In this document: positions 10,234-18,520 of the stretch, in pieces
How positions within the stretch are numbered: the first letter of the stretch is position 1
Layout of the letters: each line of letters opens with the position of its first letter
Origin: a virus
DNA: 64,000 bases
IMG/VR virus record: IMGVR_UViG_3300023179_000086
Coordinates: 1-64,000 of that record
Direction: 5' to 3' (one strand)
Made by a program: the position numbers and the translations under genes
The notes under the pieces: generated by a model
Told to the model about the DNA's origin: nothing
The model's input: only the letters and a program-made list of their open reading frames with translations
Database searches by the model: none

Positions 10234-10377
10234 ATGAAAATTATTTTTAATCGCCTTTTGAACGGTTGGTATATTGTACGTGGTCCTCATCAAACACCTA
10301 TCAGTGGTCGATTTGATAGTAAACAAGCTGCTTTAGCACATTTACGTAGTAGAAATCCATTATATACAGAAATTTAA
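10234..10377 (+). CDS. small hypothetical protein (MKIIFNRLLNGWYIVRG...)
   Basis: ATG right after the upstream stop. Confidence 0.6.
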   Translation: MKIIFNRLLNGWYIVRGPHQTPISGRFDSKQAALAHLRSRNPLYTEI

Positions 10378-10384
10378 GATAATC

Positions 10385-10642
10385 ATGAACGAACGAATTC
10401 GAGAACTAGTTAGAGAATCCAATTTAGATGTGTATGGTTTAGGCAAAGAAAGGTATAAGTGGGAATACACTGTAGAAAAATTCGCCGAGTTGATTGTGAA
10501 AGAATGTGTTCAGACCTTGTTGGATAACACACCAGACCCGTTTACCAACGAAGCAGCCGAGGAAGATTGGGATAGAGGATATGACCAAGCAATGAGAGAT
10601 TGTGTGCACCATATCAAAGAACATTTCGGAGTTGAAGGATGA
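10385..10642 (+). CDS. small phage protein of an MNERI..KFAELIV.EC..IKEHFG family
   Basis: Visible paralogy with ORFs at 10817 and 11466. Confidence 0.7.
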   Translation: MNERIRELVRESNLDVYGLGKERYKWEYTVEKFAELIVKECVQTLLDNTPDPFTNEAAEEDWDRGYDQAMRDCVHHIKEHFGVEG

Positions 10643-10833
10643 CGGAAGATTATGACGTTGTATTGGCTACTCTTAAAGAAAAGAGAGATCAACTATGGAC
10701 TATGACCGAACGTAATATGCGTAGTGAATATATTGGAATGAACATTATGGATGACATTAGACTGGATCAGATCCAACAGTTGGAGGAGGCTATGCGTATG
10801 TGGCAAGCAAGAGCAAATGACACCAAGGATTAA
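10639..10833 (+). CDS. hypothetical protein
   Basis: ATGA-coupled 64-aa ORF. Confidence 0.6.
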   Translation: MTEDYDVVLATLKEKRDQLWTMTERNMRSEYIGMNIMDDIRLDQIQQLEEAMRMWQARANDTKD

Positions 10834-11056
10834 AGAACTCATACTAAAGTCAGGTGTGGTACACTTTGAATCTGATGGCAAAATACGGGATGCTGAACGA
10901 TTAGTTAGATTGGTCATAGAAGAATGCCTACTAGCCTTGGAACCTGATTGGTACGGTACCGAAATCGAATACGAGTTTGAACAACGGTTCTTTAGTCGGT
11001 GTAATGCAATTATAAAGAAACATTTTGGATTGAATATTAGAAATAATGATGAATAA
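10817..11056 (+). CDS. paralogue of the 10385 family
   Basis: MTPRIKELI...LVRLVIEECL...IIKKHFG. Confidence 0.65.
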   Translation: MTPRIKELILKSGVVHFESDGKIRDAERLVRLVIEECLLALEPDWYGTEIEYEFEQRFFSRCNAIIKKHFGLNIRNNDE

Positions 11057-11462
11057 CATAAACATAATTAATTATATTCAAAATAGATGGATGGTTATTG
11101 CAAGAATTTTGTATTTTGTATTGTCTTTGGCAATTATATTAGTTTTAATTTATGAGCGATCATATTTAATTAAACCACCACCACCTCCAATACTACAACC
11201 ATCAATTGATATTGATAATATTAATAAAATTATTAGTAATTTAGAGAGAGAAACTAATTCCCAATTAAATGCAATTAAAACACTTGAAACTAAAATTGAA
11301 GAACAAAAAGCAACAACAAATAATTTAGATAAGAAACTTCAATTACAACTTGAATTTAATAAAAGAATATGCGAATATATTTGGGTTATCACTATTGATA
11401 AAAAAATAGTTCCTAGAAAATGTACTCCTGATTTTAATTGGACAAAAGAGGTTGAAAGATGA
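11046..11462 (+). CDS. membrane-anchored coiled-coil protein
   Basis: N-terminal TM helix, poly-Pro linker, heptad-rich region. Confidence 0.6.
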   Translation: MMNNINIINYIQNRWMVIARILYFVLSLAIILVLIYERSYLIKPPPPPILQPSIDIDNINKIISNLERETNSQLNAIKTLETKIEEQKATTNNLDKKLQLQLEFNKRICEYIWVITIDKKIVPRKCTPDFNWTKEVER

Positions 11463-11465
11463 AAG

Positions 11466-11714
11466 ATGAATGATAATATTAAACATATTTGGCATCAAGC
11501 TTCTGCATCTCATGTGCAAGCAATAACAAGTAAACAAACTAAAGAAAATTTTATAATTAAATTTTCTGAGTTGTTAGTTCAAGACTGTTTAGATTCTTTG
11601 ACACACCTTAAAGGATATAGTGGAGTTGGGGAGGATGGTAATCCATACGACACTTCAAGTTGGAATGCTGCCTTAGCTGCTGCGCAAAAATATATTATTA
11701 ATCGATTAAATTAA
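11466..11714 (+). CDS. divergent member of the 10385 family
   Basis: MNDNIK...KFSELLVQDCL. Confidence 0.55.
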   Translation: MNDNIKHIWHQASASHVQAITSKQTKENFIIKFSELLVQDCLDSLTHLKGYSGVGEDGNPYDTSSWNAALAAAQKYIINRLN

Positions 11715-11736
11715 AAAATAATTAAAGGGAAAATAA

Positions 11737-12168
11737 ATGCATCCATTTTATCGTTTAAAAGAACGTTTACAACAAGAAGGATGGTATATAGGATGGGCAT
11801 TACCCTGTTGCCAAACTTGTGCTTGGCAAGAATTACCTTATGAACATGAGGAGGGACCTTTTAAGGGAGAGACACTTGATTGGACTAAATTATTGTTTAG
11901 TCATGAACAAGATTGCATGGTAGATTATGAATATGATGAAACAAATGATGTTCGTATTTTTCCTGATGGTAAAACTGAGGATGATTATGATTGTGTAACT
12001 TTTCCTCATTATAAACCTGAAGAAACTAGCGGTAGTTTATTTTGTTTTAATGGAGATGATGAAGGTATTAAAAATTTAATTAATATTATTCCACTTATAG
12101 AAGAATGTGGTTGTAAAATACAATGGAACAAAAGCGGAGATTCTCGTCCGTATATAAATTGGAATTAA
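11737..12168 (+). CDS. hypothetical protein
   Basis: 143 aa with CCQTCA motif. Confidence 0.65.
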   Translation: MHPFYRLKERLQQEGWYIGWALPCCQTCAWQELPYEHEEGPFKGETLDWTKLLFSHEQDCMVDYEYDETNDVRIFPDGKTEDDYDCVTFPHYKPEETSGSLFCFNGDDEGIKNLINIIPLIEECGCKIQWNKSGDSRPYINWN

Positions 12169-12206
12169 CCATGAGTTACGATTTAAACAACAAGGAGATT
12201 ATTAAC

Positions 12207-12422
12207 ATGACTGATCGTTTCGATTTAGAGCAGCAAATTCTAGGATGTTGGGGGATTATTGACGAAATTAAATTATTAACTGAACAAGTATTAGAGAATG
12301 ATGATTTTGATAAGGATAAAATTTCTAATTTTTTGATTGGACTAGAAACTATATATCAATTAAAATTTGATCACTTATTTACTACATTTGAAACTTTAGT
12401 ACAGGATAGAAAAATCGTATGA
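12207..12422 (+). CDS. hypothetical protein (MTDRFDLEQQI...)
   Basis: SD AAGGAGA before ATG 12207. Confidence 0.65.
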   Translation: MTDRFDLEQQILGCWGIIDEIKLLTEQVLENDDFDKDKISNFLIGLETIYQLKFDHLFTTFETLVQDRKIV

Positions 12423-12655
12423 GTAAATATAAGTTTGGTGATTTTGTTCGGTATGACAACAATGATCTTTATGGCGTAGCATACGTAATTGGACACAAAA
12501 AAATTGAAAATATTGAAATACCAATTATTGCTAATAAAGATTTTATGGGCATGCCAATTAATAGTTTATTTTTGAAATTGGTAGAAACAGGTTGTTTGGA
12601 TATTGCTAAATCGTTACGTGAACAGTACCAATATAATTTTGGAGATTTAATTTAA
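12419..12655 (+). CDS. hypothetical protein
   Basis: ATGA-coupled ORF. Confidence 0.6.
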   Translation: MSKYKFGDFVRYDNNDLYGVAYVIGHKKIENIEIPIIANKDFMGMPINSLFLKLVETGCLDIAKSLREQYQYNFGDLI

Positions 12656-12697
12656 TTATCTAAATAAATTGACTTTTTGTATAGATAAGGTTACATT

Positions 12698-13150
12698 TTG
12701 CAAATGATATTAAAAGCTAAACCGATTATTAAAAATCAATTTTGGGTTGTTACTGATGGTAGCACTAAGATAGGTAATGTTGAAGCTAGTGGAAATGGAT
12801 TTGATTTTAAATCTATTGATGGTAAGATTACACATTTTAAAGATACTACATCTATTGAAAAAACTATTGCTATCCAATTTGAAAAACCGCAAAAAAAATA
12901 TTACAATGTAAATATACCATTTGCAAAATGGCCTACTGAAGGTAAAACATACAATAATATGTATGATGTTAAAAGAAAATTACATGTTTATACTAAATCA
13001 AATAAAAGTAAATGTTATCATGCAGCAGGTTATTTTAAAATTAAAATGAATGATATTTGGCAAGTTATATTTTGTCCAAAGTATATTTTTGTACAGCGTT
13101 ATCCTTATTATGGACCATATAATACTTTGGACGAGGTTAATTCCGAATAA
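12698..13150 (+). CDS. hypothetical phage protein
   Basis: 150-aa ORF downstream of TTGACT-N17-TACATT. Confidence 0.7.
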   Translation: MQMILKAKPIIKNQFWVVTDGSTKIGNVEASGNGFDFKSIDGKITHFKDTTSIEKTIAIQFEKPQKKYYNVNIPFAKWPTEGKTYNNMYDVKRKLHVYTKSNKSKCYHAAGYFKIKMNDIWQVIFCPKYIFVQRYPYYGPYNTLDEVNSE

Positions 13151-13158
13151 ATATAGCT

Positions 13159-13350
13159 ATGATTCATATAAAAAAGTTTATTGACAGGGTTGGTGCTAGT
13201 GATAATACATCAAATCGTGATTTTGTAATGCCCCTAAGTGATGCAAGATATTTACGTGATGAAATTGCTAAATTACTTGTAGATAAGGTACAAACTAAAC
13301 AATCTACTCAAGATATAGTTGAAGTACAAGTTAAAGGAGGTAGATTTTAA
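13159..13350 (+). CDS. hypothetical late protein
   Basis: ATAAATA at 13147-13153 just upstream. Confidence 0.6.
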   Translation: MIHIKKFIDRVGASDNTSNRDFVMPLSDARYLRDEIAKLLVDKVQTKQSTQDIVEVQVKGGRF

Positions 13351-13643
13351 TGTCCCGTACTCAACCAAAAGTTCTTATAGAAATAGTAGACAAAAAGACT
13401 TATAAACTTGATCAAATATTAGAAGCAGCAGGTATATGGGCTATTTTTTACGAAAATCAACCTATAAATTTAAAAAATAGTCATCATTATGATAGCAATA
13501 CTGTTCCAAAATATAAAAAAACAAGTTTCAGTAACCCAGGCCACGCTCGTAATCTATGTAAAAAACTTAATAAACAATTCATGACCGATAAATTTTCCGT
13601 TGTTTTTATGAATCAAGGAACTAAAGTTTTCCCCGATCAATGA
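13350..13643 (+). CDS. hypothetical phage protein
   Basis: 97 aa, PKYKKTSFSNPGHA motif; coupled by TAATG. Confidence 0.7.
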   Translation: MSRTQPKVLIEIVDKKTYKLDQILEAAGIWAIFYENQPINLKNSHHYDSNTVPKYKKTSFSNPGHARNLCKKLNKQFMTDKFSVVFMNQGTKVFPDQ

Positions 13644-14044
13644 AACAGTTTGCTGATAGAGATACTGTTGCAACTAAAATATTACAGCTTATAGAGCAAA
13701 ACGATATCGTTTATAAAGAAACTTTTTGGTATAATTTACGTAAAGATGGTGGATGGAGACTATCTGATATCGGTCATGCTATGTGTGAGCAAGCTAAAAT
13801 TACAAGCACTAGTGTTAAATTGTGGGATGATGGTCACAAATATAGAACTGCAGTTGATTCAAAAACATTATTAAAACTGTCTAAATTCATTCAAAGTCCT
13901 TACTATATTCAGTTCGGAAAAATTAAAAAAAATATTATTAAAACTACGGATATATACCTTAAATTATATGACGAACGTATTGCTACCATGATGATATTAT
14001 ATGGTAGTGTACAAGCATATTTAGAATCAATTGAAAATGTTTAA
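13640..14044 (+). CDS. hypothetical protein
   Basis: ATGA-coupled ORF. Confidence 0.65.
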   Translation: MKQFADRDTVATKILQLIEQNDIVYKETFWYNLRKDGGWRLSDIGHAMCEQAKITSTSVKLWDDGHKYRTAVDSKTLLKLSKFIQSPYYIQFGKIKKNIIKTTDIYLKLYDERIATMMILYGSVQAYLESIENV

Positions 14045-14054
14045 AGGAGAAAAT

Positions 14055-14222
14055 ATGAGTCACGATAAACCAAAAAGTAATATGGCTGATTTATTAGAAA
14101 AAAAGAAAATTTTACAAAGTAATCAACAAAGTAAACTTAATCCTAATGGTGGTAAACAAGGTAAAGTTACTAAAGGTAATAATGGTGCTGCTATGGTTCG
14201 TAGAAGTGGGCGTGGTGGGTAA
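14055..14222 (+). CDS. small basic protein
   Basis: SD AAGGAGA; Lys/Gly-rich, ends RRSGRGG. Confidence 0.65.
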   Translation: MSHDKPKSNMADLLEKKKILQSNQQSKLNPNGGKQGKVTKGNNGAAMVRRSGRGG

Positions 14223-14278
14223 TAATTTTGCAAAATATGTCAACCATTATTATCTTTATGCGTTATATGTAATAGTAT

Positions 14279-14336
14279 AGTTAATATTAAGTTTGCTCTG
14301 CGAAATATTAACTTAGTCCGTAAGGATTATAGAGCA
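14279..14336 (+). ncRNA. candidate pseudoknotted cis-regulatory RNA in the leader of ORF 14357
   Basis: 10-bp stem 14279-88/14304-13; GNRA hairpin 14314-29; 7-bp pairing of loop 14294-14300 with 14330-36. Confidence 0.45.
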
Positions 14337-14356
14337 TTTTTTAAAAAGAGATTATT

Positions 14357-14524
14357 ATGAAACAATTATTCATTGCATTATTTGCTAGCCTTTTTGCAGT
14401 AAGCGCATTCGCTGCTGATGCAAAAAAAGAAGAAAAGAAAGACGCACCTAAAGCTGAAGCTAAGAAAGACGCACCTAAAGCTGAAGCTAAGAAAGACGAC
14501 AAAAAGCCAGCAGAAAAAAAGTAA
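14357..14524 (+). CDS. small secreted Lys/Ala/Glu-rich repeat protein (not in the ORF track)
   Basis: MKQLFIALFASLFAVSAFA signal peptide (AxA), then ADAKKEEKKDAPKAEAKKDAPKAEAKKDDKKPAEKK; 27-bp tandem duplication 14435-14488. Confidence 0.75.
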   Translation: MKQLFIALFASLFAVSAFAADAKKEEKKDAPKAEAKKDAPKAEAKKDDKKPAEKK

Positions 14525-14728
14525 TATTGGTTCGTCGAAAAGACTTGCCACTATTACATAAAAATGACTTTACTGATTTAGAAATATTAGCTTTTGATGA
14601 TGTAGTAGGACGTAACCTAACAAGATTACGTATTGTTCAAGAAAATAATTTAAGTCATTTTGTTAAATTTAGGTTATGGTTGGCTAGACAACTTGCTTTA
14701 AAAAAGTTTGATAAAGTCTTTCAACACT

Positions 14729-14752
14729 AAAAGGCACTTCGGTGCCTTTTTT
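14729..14752 (+). terminator. intrinsic terminator
   Basis: AAAAGGCAC-TTCG-GTGCCTTTTTT. Confidence 0.85.
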
Positions 14753-14779
14753 ATCCACCTATTTTACCGCACTGCAACA

Positions 14780-14787
14780 TATAAATA
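14780..14787 (+). promoter_or_regulatory. T4-type late promoter
   Basis: TATAAATA exact T4 late consensus. Confidence 0.7.
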
Positions 14788-14819
14788 ATTTATATACACA
14801 TACACATGGAGAAACCAAA

Positions 14820-14990
14820 ATGTTTATAACCCAATTTATGCTCAATATCCTTGAGCGTTTGTCAGAAATGTTCCCAAATGATGGTTACCAAAATCGTTTG
14901 GAGCGTTATCTTAGTACAAAAAGCATTACAGATGCTGCTATTCTTGACAATTATATCAAAGAGTTCGAATATCAATCCCATAAGGAATAA
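14820..14990 (+). CDS. small protein, DUF3563-like
   Basis: SD GGAGA; RLERYL...D...L...I.EFE pattern reminiscent of DUF3563 small proteins. Confidence 0.55.
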   Translation: MFITQFMLNILERLSEMFPNDGYQNRLERYLSTKSITDAAILDNYIKEFEYQSHKE

Positions 14991-14994
14991 GAAT

Positions 14995-15105
14995 ATGTTT
15001 AGTTTTTTAGCAAGTATAGGTTATCAAATTTTTAAAGCATTAGAAGCTAGTGGGCAAGCACGTGCTCGCAGATATCTCAGTTTACATAAAGGAACTTGGC
15101 AATGA
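14995..15105 (+). CDS. small peptide (MFSFLASIG...GQARARRYL)
   Basis: SD AAGGA; coupled small-ORF cassette. Confidence 0.55.
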   Translation: MFSFLASIGYQIFKALEASGQARARRYLSLHKGTWQ

Positions 15106-15209
15106 CTTTCTTCAAAATGATCTATGAAATATGGTGCCAAGGATTGTTAGCTAGTCATTTAACACGCAGAGGTAAATGGCAAAGTGCGGTAAAGTTGATG
15201 GGGAAGTAA
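15102..15209 (+). CDS. small peptide (MTFFKMIYEIW...)
   Basis: ATGA-coupled 35-aa ORF. Confidence 0.5.
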   Translation: MTFFKMIYEIWCQGLLASHLTRRGKWQSAVKLMGK

Positions 15210-15210
15210 T

Positions 15211-15333
15211 ATGATTTTTGCATACCTTACACTTGGTTCATTAGCACTTGTTGCTTATATTGATGAAAAGTTAAATCATCAATATGTACTTGGTGAAGAG
15301 TGGGATTTTGTGACACCTAGAATAAAAAATTAA
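15211..15333 (+). CDS. small membrane peptide (MIFAYLTLG...)
   Basis: SD GGGGA; 40 aa. Confidence 0.45.
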   Translation: MIFAYLTLGSLALVAYIDEKLNHQYVLGEEWDFVTPRIKN

Positions 15334-16715
15334 AGTAGTTGAATACCTGCTAATTGCTTGTAGCGATCTAAATCTTCGTTAGTCGTTTCTTCTTGTTTAA
15401 ATTTGCTTTCAAACCAACGTCGATAATCAGTAGGTACATACTTTACTGCTTCTAAGCGAAATTCAGGAGTAAGTACTTTTTTGGGCACGTATTCTAATGC
15501 AGCAACATTTTGTTGTACTGCTGCTAAACATAATTCAGGAGTACGTAATTCTTCGGGTACATATCCTAGTGCTTGACCAAATTGTTGTACCGCTTTCAAA
15601 GCAAGTTTGTCATAATTTTTAGTATTTGGTGTTATATACTTTATATTGTTGCCATTGTATGAAACTAAATCACTGAGTAATTCAAAATCATTTCTCCACT
15701 CATTTCTTGCTTTTAATAAATTAATAGGATTATATTTTAACAAAGTAAGTAGTTTTTTTCGGTAATTAGGTAGTTCGTTGGGAGCATATAATATATATTG
15801 AGAATTATGCTTTAGTACTTGCTCCCATGTTTCAATGCTAGGATTATCTAATAATAATTGTACATCCTTAGACACATAATTACTATATTTTTGCTGTATG
15901 TCCCTTGGTGCTTTTAATATTTCAGATGGCGTAATTTTCAATTGATCTCTGATTAATTTTGGCTTGTTTTTATCTATTAGGTCTAAATTTTTTTCATCTA
16001 AGTCAAATATACTGAAATTCATATCAGGTAAATATCCTTTTCCTGTTATGCCTTTTATTATATTGTTTAATAATAATTGCATAATGTATGGGTGATACTT
16101 AGGGTCAGGTTTTCGATTAAAACGAGCTTTCATTTCACCAAGTGTACCATTAGGTTCTAAAATAAATGTCAATAGTACATGTCCACCTGTATCTCTATAG
16201 CTTAATATTCTTTGATCTTCTTTGTGTTGACCGACTACATTACCGCAGTGACCACCACTACGTGCTTCATCTGAACAATATGCTCGGTTTATATACCACC
16301 ATGCTGTGCCATTACTAAATGGTATTAGCTTATAATCACCTGTTTGTATTGCAGGTGGTGCTTCACTTCGTTGCTTTGATTGGTGTTCTTGCTCTATTTG
16401 TGCGAATTGGTTAAACAAATCTTGTGCATTAATTTCATTTTTAAATACTACTGCATCAATTTTTGGTATATTTTGTCCTAAGTAATGAGTAAGTTTTTCT
16501 TGAAATTGACCTAAATCTTTTTCACCACCTAATGGTTTATTATCATTCGGGTTTTGTAAATATTTTTTAAGTACATTTAAATACCAAACCACCCTATCTT
16601 GTTTTTTTAAGTTCTTTCCCCATCTTATATCTTGTTCATGGTCAGGGTACTTACGAACTAATGCGTCCAACATAGAATCATACGCAGCTTCAATAATAAA
16701 TTCAGTAACTCTCAT
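15330..16715 (-). CDS. probable virion-internal protein with C-terminal DUF4116-like repeats
   Basis: N-terminus MRVTEFIIE (capsid-targeting-like); AVQQ.G.AL.YVPEELRTPELCLAAV repeats; C-terminal LDRYKQLAGI; late promoter on the minus strand at 16721-16727. Confidence 0.65.
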   Translation of the reverse strand: MRVTEFIIEAAYDSMLDALVRKYPDHEQDIRWGKNLKKQDRVVWYLNVLKKYLQNPNDNKPLGGEKDLGQFQEKLTHYLGQNIPKIDAVVFKNEINAQDLFNQFAQIEQEHQSKQRSEAPPAIQTGDYKLIPFSNGTAWWYINRAYCSDEARSGGHCGNVVGQHKEDQRILSYRDTGGHVLLTFILEPNGTLGEMKARFNRKPDPKYHPYIMQLLLNNIIKGITGKGYLPDMNFSIFDLDEKNLDLIDKNKPKLIRDQLKITPSEILKAPRDIQQKYSNYVSKDVQLLLDNPSIETWEQVLKHNSQYILYAPNELPNYRKKLLTLLKYNPINLLKARNEWRNDFELLSDLVSYNGNNIKYITPNTKNYDKLALKAVQQFGQALGYVPEELRTPELCLAAVQQNVAALEYVPKKVLTPEFRLEAVKYVPTDYRRWFESKFKQEETTNEDLDRYKQLAGIQLL

Positions 16716-16765
16716 TTATATATTTATTATTATCCAAAATAATTGTAATCAATCTGTAAATCATG

Positions 16766-16800
16766 TATAAATATATATGAGAGCACATAGGGTGCTCTCA
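16766..16800 (+). promoter_or_regulatory. late promoter followed by a 5' leader hairpin
   Basis: TATAAATA 16766-73; stem TGAGAGCAC/GTGCTCTCA 16778-16800. Confidence 0.7.
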
Positions 16801-16833
16801 AACTAGACACATACACACATAAAGGAGAGTAGC

Positions 16834-17112
16834 ATGTCTAATTTAGATCTACCAAAAACTGAAGTAAAATTCAACAAAAACGGTTATGAAATCCGTACAG
16901 AAATCCTCAAAATGGCAAAAGACCTTATTAGCGAGGAATATCATTCTAAATTTCACGGTTGGGAAATGAGCGTACAACGTGACGAAAAAGGTGTTGTTAC
17001 AACAACCCTTGGTATGCCACAGTTCCCAGGCATCGAGCAAGTCCTAAAAACCGCAGAAACCATGTACAACTTTGTCAATCACGCTTCACAAAGCATGACC
17101 AAAACAAAATAA
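16834..17112 (+). CDS. hypothetical phage protein (NGYEIRTEILKMAKD)
   Basis: Strong SD AAGGAGAG, own promoter and terminator. Confidence 0.8.
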   Translation: MSNLDLPKTEVKFNKNGYEIRTEILKMAKDLISEEYHSKFHGWEMSVQRDEKGVVTTTLGMPQFPGIEQVLKTAETMYNFVNHASQSMTKTK

Positions 17113-17134
17113 TTTAGGGTAATTTCAATCCATT

Positions 17135-17160
17135 AAAGCACAGCTAGTCTGTGCTTTTTT
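17135..17160 (+). terminator. intrinsic terminator
   Basis: AAAGCACAG-CTAGT-CTGTGCTTTTTT. Confidence 0.8.
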
Positions 17161-17208
17161 ATTTCCTTCCTGCTACAATATAAGAAATTTTAAACGGAGA
17201 ATATTCCT

Positions 17209-17865
17209 ATGACAGATTCAGGTTATATTTATATTGGTGGTTATTACCACTATAGCGGTAAAGATATCAGTTCACTTACTGAGAAAAAAGTAGGCAAAAG
17301 TATTAACGTACCTAGTAGAGAAAATGCCTTAAACAGTACTAAGTTTACTATTGGCTATACCATGATCAAATATTGGCAAGTTGATAGTATGAGCAGGGTT
17401 GAAAAACTTTTGCATGCTGTACTACCTGAACGTATGAATGGTGAATGGTTCGAAGACACTGATGGTATGCTAGTTGAACGTGTATCTAAGTTTATGGATG
17501 TATATGGTGCTATTGAACAAAATGTTAATCCCACCGACTTAGAACCTGCAGCAGCTAAATTTGTAGCTAGTAATCGTTCACGTGATCGTGTTGCTGAGTT
17601 GGCAGGACAAACATTTAGTCAAGCTAAAAATAGTACTGATGGCAATCCCATAAAAGTAAGTTTTACCGTACAAGCTGATGGTTCATTCTTATGTCATGAA
17701 AATGGTAAAACCTATGATACTAGCCCACATAGCGCATTTTGTGAACTATGGGCGAATCGTGTAACAGGTGAAGCAAAAACTAACGTGTGGACAGGCCCAC
17801 GTAATGAACATGGTCGTAGCATGGATCAAGAATTAGCACTACTTACCCCTAAAGCAGGAGCATAA
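17209..17865 (+). CDS. GIY-YIG-like nuclease (T5orf172/MUG113 domain)
   Basis: GYIYI...KVGKS...R...L...VEKLLH...GEWF. Confidence 0.75.
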   Translation: MTDSGYIYIGGYYHYSGKDISSLTEKKVGKSINVPSRENALNSTKFTIGYTMIKYWQVDSMSRVEKLLHAVLPERMNGEWFEDTDGMLVERVSKFMDVYGAIEQNVNPTDLEPAAAKFVASNRSRDRVAELAGQTFSQAKNSTDGNPIKVSFTVQADGSFLCHENGKTYDTSPHSAFCELWANRVTGEAKTNVWTGPRNEHGRSMDQELALLTPKAGA

Positions 17866-17866
17866 T

Positions 17867-18142
17867 ATGGCACATATTGAAGCATCAACTATTAAAAATA
17901 ATTTTAGCTTATGGCAAGCAGTTGGACTATCAGGTGATTCAGAATTAGCTGAATATTTACTTGAGCATGGATTTTATCGTGTTCCTATGGATAAGTGGAA
18001 AGTAGTTAATGAAATCATGAAAACTGCTGAAGTCAAATGCACCTATAAGTATATGGCAGATAGAGTTGTTACCAAACCACAAGCCACTCATTTTAGTGTG
18101 GTGATAAAACAACCAAGAAAAAAGAAGTTGACAAGTAAATAA
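17867..18142 (+). CDS. hypothetical protein
   Basis: SD AGGAG. Confidence 0.65.
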   Translation: MAHIEASTIKNNFSLWQAVGLSGDSELAEYLLEHGFYRVPMDKWKVVNEIMKTAEVKCTYKYMADRVVTKPQATHFSVVIKQPRKKKLTSK

Positions 18143-18156
18143 AATTTAGATATACT
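18128..18156 (+). promoter_or_regulatory. sigma70-type early promoter
   Basis: TTGACA-N17-TATACT. Confidence 0.8.
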
Positions 18157-18184
18157 GCTTGTATCTTAACAAAAGGACGCAAGC

Positions 18185-18454
18185 ATGGACACCAAAATAC
18201 CTCCAACAATTTCTTTAAGCTGGTTAGAGTTTGACAAGCAAACAAAAATTCTTCGCATGCCCTCTGAATATTTGGGTATGCCTGATCAGTTTTTTGTGGA
18301 GTCGCATCATACAGGTAAAAATGTTCGTTTTACCAAAGTTAACCAATATGATGTACTGTATGACCAAGATGGTTGGGATGGTGAAATGCAGAAGTATCGC
18401 CCTGTTGGAAATGTACCAAACGTTGATCATTTAGTCATCTATCATCAATATTAA
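18185..18454 (+). CDS. hypothetical early protein
   Basis: SD AAGGA. Confidence 0.65.
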   Translation: MDTKIPPTISLSWLEFDKQTKILRMPSEYLGMPDQFFVESHHTGKNVRFTKVNQYDVLYDQDGWDGEMQKYRPVGNVPNVDHLVIYHQY

Positions 18455-18457
18455 TTG

Positions 18458-18487
18458 TTGACATACCAACAACAATGTTGGTATAAT
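18458..18487 (+). promoter_or_regulatory. sigma70-type promoter with a 9-bp inverted repeat in the spacer
   Basis: TTGACA-N18-TATAAT; ATACCAACA/TGTTGGTAT at 18463-71/18476-84. Confidence 0.75.
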
Positions 18488-18520
18488 TGTATTTTCGATT
18501 GACAAACAACGGAGCTAGAA

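Noticed and set aside
14279-14336. HDV-like/theta ribozyme or fluoride riboswitch identity for the pseudoknot
   Set aside because: Lacks the P3/L3 and catalytic J4/2 elements of HDV-like ribozymes and the conserved nucleotides of the fluoride riboswitch; kept only as an unclassified candidate.
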